Assembly (NCBI GenBank): GCA_964304625.1
Contig: OZ199838.1
Coordinates: 1,901,927-1,965,926, forward strand
Source: Kudoa neothunni
Taxonomy: Eukaryota > Animalia > Cnidaria
Length of the DNA: 64,000 nucleotides
Direction of reading: 5' to 3'
How positions within the stretch are numbered: the stretch's first letter is position 1; the number at the start of each line of letters is the position of its first letter. The position numbers and the translations under genes are program-made. The notes under the pieces were generated by a model that saw only the letters and a program-made list of their open reading frames with translations, was not told the DNA's origin and searched no databases. Below are positions 41,516-53,373 of this stretch, piece after piece.

Positions 41516-42555
41516 CTAAAATCTGGAATGAATAAAAGAAATGTTGGCTGTGGCCTTCTTGTGTGCTTTAACACGCAAATCCCATGCATATCCCTAGGGA
41601 AAAACAACTATCAAAGAAGCATCTCCAACACATCACATACTCTTTTCTCAAAAGCATTGATGATCTCTTCCACAAAAACATCTTCATATTTAAGAGATTT
41701 ATTTTCCTTCAATCTTTCTTGGATGGCTAATTTAAGCCATTTTATAGCAAAATGAAGTTGTAGGTTTTCGCAGATTGCGGTTGGTTTCTAAAAAGATGAT
41801 GTACATTAACACCCAACTCAAACATACCTACAACTAGTCAACTTACATGAATTTCAAGGTGTCCCTTTTTCAAGATTTTAGTTGTAGCTAGTGGTTTAAC
41901 ATTGTTGACAGCTTGGTTGAAGATTTGCATGGGAGTTAGGCTAGACTCAGGATGAATTTTTCTAGCCAAATCACCGACATTTTAATAACACCACAACAAC
42001 GACGAAAAATTACTTTAATTCAATTGATAATTGTTTCAATGCCTATATAAATGTTTTAAAAATTGATAAACAATAAATCACCTTTTGAATGAGCATATGA
42101 AGCATGCCTTTTTCATAAAGTCGAAGAGAAGCATTCATAAATTTACTAAGCAATATCCACAGTTACTTTATTAGTCTACAGAATTAATATTTCTTAATTA
42201 CAGGAGAACTGGGTCATGATTTGTATCATATATATTGATAGGAGGGGCGGCCTTTGGAATAATGTTTTTGGTCGCGATTAAATTTATTCTACACAAATTG
42301 TAAAACTAAAACAATTCACACACTACTTGCATGTGTATGGCGCTTCAACGCCGTTGAAGAATACCATCTTCCTTTCATTCAATGGAACAGTTTTCATTTT
42401 GTCGTCACTATCGCGAATAGTGTTGCATTCTTATTATAATTCAACTTATTTAACTCTTACCATTCAACTCCCACATCTTGGGTAACTGAATAAAACCTGC
42501 TTGAGATTTTTTTAATCACACGCTTAAATTCAAGGTTGGCAAGCACGCGGAGCAT
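41516..42555 (-). CDS. MRPS7: mitochondrial ribosomal protein S7 (uS7m), divergent
   Basis: Basic presequence-like MLRVLANLEFKRVIKKISSRFYS; DPVLLKFMN, PMQIFNQAVNNVKP...LKKG, FAIKWL, IINAFEK, G...HKKATAN align with uS7 motifs. Confidence 0.8.
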
Positions 42556-42726
42556 TTATTTGCTTTAGTTTTCATCACGCCTGCGCAGAAATTGAAGTTT
42601 AAAAATTGCTACGAACAACAGGCTTTAAAATTAATTCAAAGATAAATTTAAATATTTTTGAGAAGAAAAATAAAAGTGTGAACAAACAAGCAAAAAGAAG
42701 GAAATATACAAAAAGGACTAAAAATA

Positions 42727-45700
42727 TTAGGGTTTTTTAGAAGGAGTATTCACATTTTTTTGTAAAGCCTTTGAAAGATTGACTTTGGCTCTTCGCTTGT
42801 TATGTTTCCCAGTTTTTAGAATTTTATCTATAATTTCGGAATCTTGCAAAGTGCCAATATTTGTTTTGTTAGGGCTATTTTGGGAATTTTGAGAAAGTTG
42901 TTTGACTGGAGTGGAATCGCCTATTTAGATTTAGCAACCGAGTTAAAATTCTAGATTAGCTGGTGAATAGAATAACTTGAATCCACTAAATTGGTGGAGG
43001 GTTGAGTTTGGTTGGAGATGTTTGCGGTTTCATTTTGGACAATATGTTGAACAATTTCCATATTCAAGTTTTCGTTAGTTCTAGATGAGCTTTTATTTTC
43101 GGAATTGTTATTATTGAGTTGATTGGCGGATGAAGGTTTCTAAAGGAAATAGAATCGTTAAACAAATCACAATTTAAAATAATGTTTACTTTTCTTTTTC
43201 GTCGGCTCATTTCAACTTTCAATTTCTCTTCCCTTTTTCCTAATAACACATTTATATTTGTTGCAGATTCAACTAGTAAGCAACAACACGAATCATCATT
43301 ACTTTGACGTTCCTTTAGGAATTCTTCATTTTCAGATTCCCACATTTTTTGTTTATATTCGCTTTCAGTGGTGGAAAGCAAGCACTAAAATTTTTAGGTA
43401 TTTTTAAAAATTCGAGTAGATTTAATCAGAGATGAAAAGAAATTTATATTTAGTGGGAAATTATAAAATTTGGTCTAAATTAAAAAAATGAGTTAAATAT
43501 CAGCTAATGCGATACATATCATAATATTTAATGCGCAAAAATTATTAAATCAAAAATTAAGGCGAATATAGACAACACTGAATATAACTGTAATCTGCCT
43601 TTATTAAATTTTCAAAATTAATTATACATTTTATTAATGTGTTTAATTATGAAGTTTACTTAATTTTTTATATAATTATTGATTAATAAATGTGTTTTCC
43701 ATTGAAAATCTCCCAAATATTCAAAATAACCTGTATTTTTATTACTTAACAATATCAACCGTAATAGATTTGATCAATAAATTGAACCTTGAAGGGTACC
43801 ATTCATCGAAAATAAAATTTCAAGATGAATTAAGTTGCACAAAAATTGGAAAAAACAATAATAAAGTAACCTTTGAGTTTAATTAATTAATTTATGAAAT
43901 AAATAAATAAATACCAATACAAGTAGTAATTAACCCTCTTAGGAATTTGGGGTGAAATTCACCCCAGCATAATTTTCCATTAATTATTCATCCAACAAAT
44001 GTGTTCATTGTTCAAAATGAATTCTATCTATGCTCATTATATTAAAAATATAAATTAAAATAAAATACACCGTATTTACATTTTTTACTTTTATGCGTTA
44101 CCGAAGAGTTGGTGACTTATGCCGTATAAGGTTTTATGAATAAATTTAGTAAAATTTTTGTTTAAATTTACTTAAAAAAACTCTGGGGTAAATTTCGTCC
44201 CAAAATACTTGATACCTTGATACTTGGAGGTAGTTCGATTTTTGATATCTTAGAGGGTAAATGTATAAAAGTCGTATCGAATATTAATATTTAGCGATGA
44301 TACGATACAAAACTTATTTCCAATGACAAACTCAGGTATGGTTATGAATATGAAATTTTTTCAAGTTTATATATATAGCCAAACCTCAATTATCCAGAAT
44401 TTGATTATCCGGAAGATGTTTTAAACTTTATTTGGATTTTATTGAAATTACGTGTCAATAAATCTTCGATTATCCCAAACAACTGTTGAATCAGAATTCC
44501 AAATAAAAGTACCAACCACCACCGTTCGACATATATAATGTAGCATATATACCAACGCAACATTTAAAACCAACAGATTTCTAGGTTAATTATTTATAAA
44601 TTTTTATATCAGAATTTAAATTAAGAACTGAGTTGTTATTTAAAGTTGTACTATATCTGGATATATGTCTATGTGGATATTAAACAAAAATTAATAACGA
44701 TTATTTAAAAAAGTAGATTATTCCTTGGTAGACATGGTTTTCTCCTATAATTATATACTGTTTTTCCTTTAGGTCTCCATATTCTCAGTTAATAGATATA
44801 TCAACATTTTCAGTTTAAATGACAGAATTGAAAATATTTTACTTAATAAATAGGAAAACATTGCTTATTAATCTAGTAAACAATCCTTTAAGTGGAAAAT
44901 TCAAAAATATGCGCATATGACAATGTATATGTTCATTTATCCAGAATCTGGCTATCCGAAAAGAAAATCGTCTGTCCCAAATTTAAGCACAACATACCTA
45001 CTGCACGTATAATTATCGCGTCTTCCCGATTATAGAACCTACCTCAAAAATAAGACCTAATGTTATTCTTTGAGCTAATTTTTAGTGTAAGACCTAGTCA
45101 AATACTCGAAATCTAGATATTCTGAATTACATAACAAAATATCTCTAATTATCTAATTTTATTTAATAGTTAATAATTATACTCATCGTATTTCTTTCAA
45201 TAGAAATGTTATTTTCTCTATTATTAAATTTTTTATTCTGTTGTATGATCTCAATAATTTATAAAACGCTTTTTCTGTAACAAATATAAGATTGTCACCG
45301 AAAATAATACCTTATGCCATGTATTACATTAAAAATATATAAAAATGTCATATTCGGGGAATAATCTATATGTGAGATTATCTTAATTATTTAATATAAG
45401 TAAATTTGCGCTAATTGAAATTCTCATGTAGAAAAGCATCAGTAAATTATTTTTTTGGTTATTTATTAACATTATGAAAATTTTAAACTTAAAAACTTTG
45501 AATTTAATAAATAAAGAAATACATTTTCGATTTCGAAATCGTCATAATCTGAATTGATTTCTTCAGTGTCAGGAATTTCAGGATATTGTTGCGCGTACTG
45601 AGAAGTATCAATTTTGGAGAGAGACGACACAGTGCGGTCTCCACCAGCCGCTGATTGCTTAATGATCTTTTTGAGTGGGTACAATAGAGTCAATTCATCC

Positions 45701-47240
45701 AAATCTTCATTCTTAGGTGAGTCAGGTTGATCTGCGGAGTTTTGTTCGTCTTTTGAGAATATTATTGAGAATTGTTCATCAATAGATGATAAAATATCGT
45801 CGGAATCTTCGTCGTCGTCATCGCCGACGCTCTCAGCCCCAGCCTTTGATTTCGTATCAGCGTCATTCTGATCATTTTTGGGTGATTCTATGATGGGTTT
45901 TCCTTTTGTTTTTATTGGTTGTTTTTTCAAAATCGTTCCAGTTCGTTGTGTTTCTTCCATACCCACTGTGATTGCTTGACGAATACCCATGAAAATTTCG
46001 ATTTCAGTTTGGGTTTTGCTGACCTGTTGTAGAATACCAGGACCTAACCAGTTGTTTTTTTGTTCAAACTTCTTCAGCCGTTCCGCTTGCTCGACCAATT
46101 GCACGTAGGCAGGTGGATCCGCTTCCACACACTCAGCACTAAGATCCATGTCCTTGAATTCGTCAATAGTGAGCAATGCTGTTTGGGTGTTGCTAAAGTC
46201 TTTGAGGCGTTTTAATAGGATGGATGAACTGATGCGAACAACTCGTACTATTTGTTTGATAGATCGTTTGACACCATGCAAACGGGCAGCTACCAATATT
46301 GCGGCACCACAGAGACCGGCAGGTCTGCGCCCATGGTGAATCCAATCGCGTTTCATTCGTGAAACCAATCTTACTGCGGTGACGCAAATGGCATGAGTTT
46401 GTTCGCCGAGATTCAATTTGTGACCGAATCGTTGAATATACAGGCATGGATCAACAATTGGCAGTTGGATGGATAGTGCTCGAGCGAGAAACAAAAAGGT
46501 TTTCCCCAATGTGAATATATCCAGCTAAAAATTAATTTAATCAAGCGATAAATCAAATCAAAAAATAAGTTCCAATTAAGGTATAAAACAAAATAATTAA
46601 TTGATGCATACTTTAACAACTTCTGTAAAATCCACCAACAAATCTAAACAAAATAAAAAATTAAACAACATCAAAAAACAACGATGAGTAATACGTGAAG
46701 TTTTCTCAATTCGACAACACATGTAAAGACAGGCGACAGCAACATTTTCAATTTTACGCGCTCTAGTCAAATTTCGATGCAACGCCATACGATAGAACGA
46801 AAGCGCCGATTCAACAAATTCCACGGTGAGCGAGGTTTGATTTGCTATATTCAGCATGTAATCCCTCACTAGAACAACCGAGTTAGGTGAAATCGCGGCC
46901 CAAATACACTACCTCGATTAACTGAGGACTCTTGTGAGGGTTTCAAAAGTTGAGCGTTAGGGTCGTCACCTATTTACATATATCATGTATTTACATATCC
47001 GAATATGGTTTAAAAATTAATATAGAATTAAGTGCTATATTTCAAACTGCTTAATATAGATATATTACTTGAACCTACAAATTTCCCTATAGCTCTACTA
47101 GTTGAGCCGGTTTCAACAAATTCAACTTCAGCGACCAAATTCGCCACACTGGAAACAGTACCACAACTTATACAGCAGCTCTCACCAGTTGTGGGGTCGC
47201 TTTCAAATTTTTCACCTCCACATTTAATACAAACAGTCAT
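42727..47240 (-). CDS. BRF1: RNA polymerase III transcription factor IIIB 90 kDa subunit BRF1
   Basis: Zn ribbon CIKCGG...CISCGTV; cyclin repeats (VACLYMCCR, DPCLYIQRF, RMKRDWIHHGRRPAGLCGAAILVAAR, EADPPAY); BRF1 homology block LLSTTESEYKQKMWESENEEFL after a 2138-nt intron (43385-45522). Confidence 0.95.
43930..44261. mobile_element. piggyBac MITE inside the large BRF1 intron
   Basis: TTAA-CCCTCTTAGG...CTTAGAGGG-TAAA; homologous to 4263-4665. Confidence 0.8.
44383..44415. mobile_element. possible Tigger/pogo-like terminal remnant
   Basis: tagccaaacctcaattatccagaatttgattatccgga with repeated TTATCC(G/A)GA; partner TIR not found. Confidence 0.35.
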
Positions 47241-47334
47241 TAATTGATTGATTTGTGGGTGTGTTTTTTCTCTAAGGCCTCGCAATGTATATAAATACTA
47301 TTTGCGCATTGGGCTGCGCGAGCATAAATCATAT

Positions 47335-47440
47335 GCTGGGTGCAGTTAGCGCATCATTCAGCTGCTATTGAAAGTCCCGGGTTCGAATCCGCTTACCTCA
47401 CAACTAAATGAGGAAATACGATGTGTGAGCTTTCTTGTTT
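47335..47440 (+). ncRNA. degenerate tRNA-like Pol III unit (A-box-like motif plus perfect B box) divergent from BRF1
   Basis: GGTTCGAATCC at 47380-47390; D-like stem GTGC/GCGC; anticodon-like stem TTCAG/TTGAA with a 6-nt loop; resembles tRNA-Asn (GTTAGCGC..TTCGGCTGTTAACCGAAAG); no acceptor stem; T-rich end. Confidence 0.6.
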
Positions 47441-47510
47441 GTTATTAGGTAGTATAAAAAAGAGAGAACGTATTATGAATTAAAATAACTAAACAACAAA
47501 GTGGGAATTG

Positions 47511-48341
47511 TTATTTATTAGATAAATTATTCCTGAGGTGTAGCAAACAAATTTTGTCAAAATCGTACAACCACAATGTCACGAGCACATATCCGGAAAG
47601 TACTAAATAGATTATATATAGAGTAGGATAAGTGAGAATCCAAACAAAATACATCCTGTCCATGTTGCTAGCCCCCATGGGAAATAAATTAGACCAAAAA
47701 TAGACATAACTACGCCCACTAAACAAACCGCATTAAATTATCAACTTTAAGGTTTTGTGAGGGAATTTTACCTATCAATAAAAAGATACGAGAAACGTCG
47801 GTGGAAAAATATTTGTTGAATAAAGAAGTCGACTGATTTTTAAGTTGAACACAGAAAATATTCCAACTTCGTCCAACAATTTCGTACGTGAATAATTTCC
47901 TATGTCCGACTCATTGTATGCAACAGTAAATCGATTTACGTTCTCGATGGGGATAGTTTCCATTTGAATCGACCTAAATTATAGTAATAAATCTACTATC
48001 AAAAATTTACTTTCTATATGGTACATTGAAATGAATTTTTTAGCAAATTTGAAAAGAACAAGAGGGAATGCTATTCCAAGGACTAACCTGAACGCGAAAC
48101 AACCATACCAAACCAATGATAAACTAACAAAGTGGACGATTAAACATAACCTCGCACGTCTATGTTACATCCAATTCACTAAGAGGATCGAAAAAATAAA
48201 CAACGAATAGTTGCTTTTCCATGCAAATATATCCACAATGAGATTCCAATTTTTTTCTAACAACTTATCCACATTTACTTTATCTTGAGTTTCGTTATTG
48301 GTAGGGGGTGCTTCAGTGTTTTTTACCTGAGGACCACTCAT
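47511..48341 (-). CDS. reticulon-homology-domain membrane protein (FAM134/RETREG or ARL6IP1-like), paralog A
   Basis: DIFAWKSNYSLFIFSILLVNW first hairpin; GLIYFPWGLATWTGLLSGYVLVTLWLYDFD second hairpin (spliced parse); similar to 50827-51858. Confidence 0.55.
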
Positions 48342-50826
48342 TATTGTAGTCGATATAAGCCTTAACACGTCGCTAAAATAATGATAATCCCTTTCTTGTC
48401 GGGGATAAATTCACCCGCCCAAGAAAGTTGTTATTCCGCCAAACCCTAAATCTACATTTAATTGCCTACACTTGATAAATTTATAATGATATTATTAAGT
48501 GTTATTATTTTAGAGGATTTTTTGATCAATAAGCAAATAACTCAATGTATTAGACATAATCAGAATTTCTGATGCTGAAATGCGTGGGAAAGATTATATG
48601 AATTGCCTACATTTTTCCTATTCAGTTGGTTAAATGGTCGTTTAAAGCTTTTCTTACTCTTACCCTGTAAAATAACAATTTTGAATTCTATGTTAATTTT
48701 ACTTTTCAGTCATGGATATTTAAAAAATCGTATAATCATTATTTTTATTGCATCAGAAACAACTTGATGTGAAAGATTATGATTAACTCATTTAAAATTT
48801 TAAAAGTTTCTTTAATAATTTAACCCTATACATATATTTCAATAATTAGTACATAAGAGAAGGTCCGATTTTGACATTGTTATAGTCGTTTTCACGTTTA
48901 CAGAGTTATCCAGTCCACATTGCTTGATATTTTTTTAAACTTACATAATTTTTTGACAGGGTTATTAAAAAATATATAATTTAATTCCATATTTCAAATA
49001 TTAATCTTAAAAAGCTATAAAATAATTTTATTATACATGTTTCATACAATTTTTTCATAAAAAGTCATTGGAACCCGAAAGTAAAAAATACCTTAGTTGT
49101 TTTATCAAATTTTATATCGGCTTATTATATGTTTAATTAGTATTATTATTTTTTAAATTAATATAGAAACTAAAAGTTTAAATTTTTTTTGTTACATTAA
49201 TTTCATGCTTGTTACAAAACCACCTTTGGAGCAATCGGCAACAAGGGGGCATTCTACTTCGTACGAAAAACGGCCTAAATTAAAAAATATAATTCATTTA
49301 GTTAAATAATTGTTAAATAGGTAAATGTTTCTTCTGAATAAAGTTGTAAACCTGCGAATCGTGATATAATATTATCGAGTTTTTTTTTGAAATTGTAATA
49401 GACGATTCCACCATACGTATGTGTAAACTTTAGCTTCGCGAATTTGTAAATCATAAGCTATACACGTGGATATTACAACCATTCATTTTTGACGAATTTC
49501 AATATTTTATTTTTCTATCAATAATCATTAAAATCGTCTTATTATTTACATTTATTTTTGCGCTATTATTAATTTTAAACACAAAAACTAAATCTTCACA
49601 TTAAATGATAAGATTACTTAAAAATTCGAAATTTTTGTTATTGATAACTCTAATAAGTGAAATATTTTAGGAAGACTAAGCAAATTTGTTTTTTAATAAA
49701 GTTAACTCTCCCGTGTCTAATATCTATTAGAATGAACAAAAGAAAAAGTTACATGTTTGTGGCGCTCTACATTGAATATTTTTTTCAAATAGTTTAAAAA
49801 CGTTATAGCGAGTTTTGTCTATTCAAAAGCAAACTAAAAATTATTCTAATGAGCTATAATGTTAGAATGCGCATTCAAAAATAAAAAAAAGAAATTGTAA
49901 ACAATACAATTTATTTTAAGACCTAATCTTAAAATATTCCATTAAGACATTTTATAAAATTATTATTTGTCTAAGTGTATAAATATTTATATGTATATTT
50001 TAGAAGTTTGGAAATTAATTAAAAATAGTTATAGAGGGATTATAGTCGTGGATCATCTAATAAAATCATTGTTGCCATTATTTATAATTTTATAGTATAT
50101 ATACTTCAATAGAAAAAATATATGAACTAATACACAATTTTTTGTACCTCTTCTTAAAAACTTCAGCTTCAAATATTTTCAGGTGTAAAATGCTTTATAA
50201 AATGAGAAGTTAACATATTATTTCGGTGCGCATGCACAAAAAATTTGATCGGTGTAACTATATTGACTATACTAAGTCATTATTTACAATTCAGACACGA
50301 AATAAATTTTCAATGCATTATAAATACAACGTAAAATTTATAATTTATGTGAGGTTATGATACTTAGGAATAGGATTTATATTTCATTTTTTCCTGTAAT
50401 AAGATGATAATGGCTGACAAAAATATTTTTGAGAATTTAAAATTTGTGAATTTTTATTACTAACTATTTTTACGTAATGTATTATTTTCAGACCGCAAAC
50501 AAGAAATTTTGGTATTTGGAGGTTAATGGGTTTAATATTTTGGAAAAACGAAGCAACTCTGCTTTTTAATAAAATAAATATAATGTACATTAAACTAAAA
50601 TGAATGGATTATTTATATAAAATATTTATATTTTTCCAAAATTAAGCTCACAAATTCCCTATTTATGACTAGAAAATATTTTGTTACTACTGGATTTGAC
50701 ATAACACCTAATTATCGCATAAATATGAAAAAAGAATTTTTTACATTAAAAATACAAAATATAATATTAATTTAAAATTTGACATAAGTTCGACTGTTAA
50801 TAAACATTAAAATGACAGAAACAAAT

Positions 50827-51858
50827 TTAATCCATTTTAAGTTCCTCCCTTTTTTGAGACTGAGTGGGGTTGGTCTCTGTACCTAGCACAATCGTAAACA
50901 TTTTGGGGTTATTTAAAATAATTGAATTACCTGGGAACAGATGTTGACAAAGTTTTGAGGTGGTTTTATCAGCCAAATATTTGGGAATAGTGATATCTAG
51001 TTGATGGTACCACATTAGAGGGGACACATAAGCCATGACCGCTAAAAGTTGAATTCAAAAAAACCCAAAAAGCTCAATTAGCTTACCAACTACAATCATC
51101 AAATTTACAAATGGTATATATGCTATGGTGTAGAGAGTGATGGGAACGAAAATAACCATAAATAGGGAAAACTAATCAAATAAATTATTAAATCCTCACA
51201 AAATCAACTATATCTAAATTGATCAATACAAAAACATACAATGAAAGGACATTGTGAACGGAAGTAATCAAAGCAAGTGTATTGCATTCGGACCAACTGC
51301 AAAAATACCAAAAGCGTAGAGCGAAAATTTGTATAACTAAACTGCTCCCTTGGTAAATCAAGTCAACTCACACAACCAACCCAAGAAACTACCATCTCTC
51401 CTGAGAGGGATTCGAATAATGTTCTAATTTAAATTTTATCAATATCATTACATCCGAAAATAACATACGAATATATGGTTGAATAAGAGCAAAATTACGC
51501 ATCACTCCCACATATTGGATTGCGCCGAATATGATCCCAAAAATGACCCAGAATATGATCGAATCGAAAAAGATACCAGACCTATATAAATATAAGATTT
51601 ATATATACAAAAATACACGTAGATCCAATGCATCGAATTGAAGACTAACGAATGTATTAAAAACTAATATTACCATAGTAAGCCACAAAATAGACAAAAA
51701 GGTTTAAATGCTATTGGATTCGACCACAACAATACATCTCGAATACGATCCCAATAATCTTCTAGCAGCTCGAAGCAACCTACAATTTTGTCTATTTTGG
51801 TCCTGATGTTGTCTTTGGACATAGTTCTTTTGAGGGTGTTGCCTAGGGACTTTAACAT
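50827..51858 (-). CDS. reticulon-homology-domain membrane protein (FAM134/RETREG or ARL6IP1-like), paralog B
   Basis: DVLLWSNP (cf. LLSWKRP) and IAYIPFVNLMIVVAVMAYVSPL (cf. FAM134 SYIPG...AFLCPL); multiple short introns. Confidence 0.62.
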
Positions 51859-52849
51859 TTGGGATAGGTAGTTGTGGTTGCTATGGCTGACAAAAAGGGG
51901 TAAAGTTAATTAATTGCAGAGAACGGCGCAGCGCTGCACTTAAGAATCGTCAATAGATATTCAACATTAACCCGATTATTGGAATTGTAAATGCAAGTAG
52001 AATTACGACATCACATCGATAGTTAAAACACCAAGAAAAAGGGTATCTTTTTGATAGGTCAATCAGCTCACTCGTAAACCACCATTTAATTTCCATATTG
52101 ATAGTTGAAAATAGGTTGTATTTTAGGCCAATAATATTACGACTATCGATAGCTGAATATAAATATTCGGAAAATATTTTGACAATTAATATTCGCAATA
52201 ATTAGTAAATAATGTTACCGTCATCATCAACAATTACAGTATACTCGTATTTTTATCAAAAAAAAGCGAAATCGCATTATTAATAATTTATTGGTCGAAT
52301 GACGATATTTGGATAATTGCGATTTCCAGCTTAAGGTGTTTGGTTGAAAATCGGCATTCGCTCTCAAGGTGGAGCAAAGGAACACCGCACCGCATCAACA
52401 ACTGCAATCAAAGACCAACCAAAATGTGTCATTAAAGCCTTGTTTGATATTATTACTAACTCCGATTATTATTTTCAATAACAATGCTAATCACCCTTTT
52501 TAAAAATTTCCAGATAAGACTCCATGAGAATGATTAATTTCTGTGGGAACAACTCACAAGGGAAATGAGTAATGTAGTTGAGTGTGTGTTAACCGAATCA
52601 ATGGTGTTAGTGATGGGGGTTCGATCAAAAAATATATTTAATCAGCTTGATTCCTCCACGTTTTCTAAGTTCATAAATAGCTCGATAGTATAATCTCCTT
52701 AGCGATAGGGGAACGTCGGCGTGGTTACACAAGTGAACCCTTTGGGAACAAAGATTGGCACGTCTCAATAAAATCGAAGCAACTGCAGTTGATTCGGTTG
52801 TGACTATCAACAAATACAAGCTGTTAATTCACTTCTGATTGGCAGGTGG

Positions 52850-53224
52850 ATGAAGATGGGTACATACGAAATGACTCCACCGCCACCACTAAACGACATC
52901 ACCATTAATGGTTATAAACAAGAACCGGTTTTAATGCCGGAACAAAAGTTGCCTCAACCTAATGTAACCGATGAAGAATTGTTGAATATGTCACTGAAAG
53001 AATTGAATGATATGTTACGATGTGCACCACTGGAGGTTTCCAAATCGTTGAGATATCGCAGAAGGACGCTGAAAAATAGAAACTACGCTCAATCCAGTAG
53101 AAATCGTCGTGTTCAGCAGAAAAAACGTTTGGTCGGCGAGAATATATCACTCTGCGACCAAATAAGTAGTTTTATAGAAACCTGTACATCAACAGCGATC
53201 AACAAAAATATTAACTCTAAATAG
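52850..53224 (+). CDS. Maf-family bZIP transcription factor (probably has further upstream exons)
   Basis: Extended homology region DEELLNMSLKELN and basic region RRRTLKNRNYAQSSR; acceptor ggcag ending 52845 with a plausible in-frame upstream exon at about 52703-52796. Confidence 0.88.
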   Translation: MKMGTYEMTPPPPLNDITINGYKQEPVLMPEQKLPQPNVTDEELLNMSLKELNDMLRCAPLEVSKSLRYRRRTLKNRNYAQSSRNRRVQQKKRLVGENISLCDQISSFIETCTSTAINKNINSK

Positions 53225-53373
53225 ATTGTCTTTGTTTGAACAATTAAGCTCACTCTAATGTTACTATTTTGTTTTTATAACTCCAAATTTTTATTGCGCG
53301 CCATTTATTTATCACCACAAAAAAACACACTCATATCTAACATCAGAACAAACGTTACCAACTACTGTTGTTA

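Noticed and set aside
47335-47400. Functional tRNA, 7SL RNA or RNase MRP RNA upstream of BRF1
   Set aside because: No acceptor stem and a 6-nt anticodon loop. The Alu-like start GCTGGGTGCAG has no SRP S-domain after it. GAAAGTCCC has no convincing P4 partner and is explained by a tRNA variable-loop/T-arm junction.
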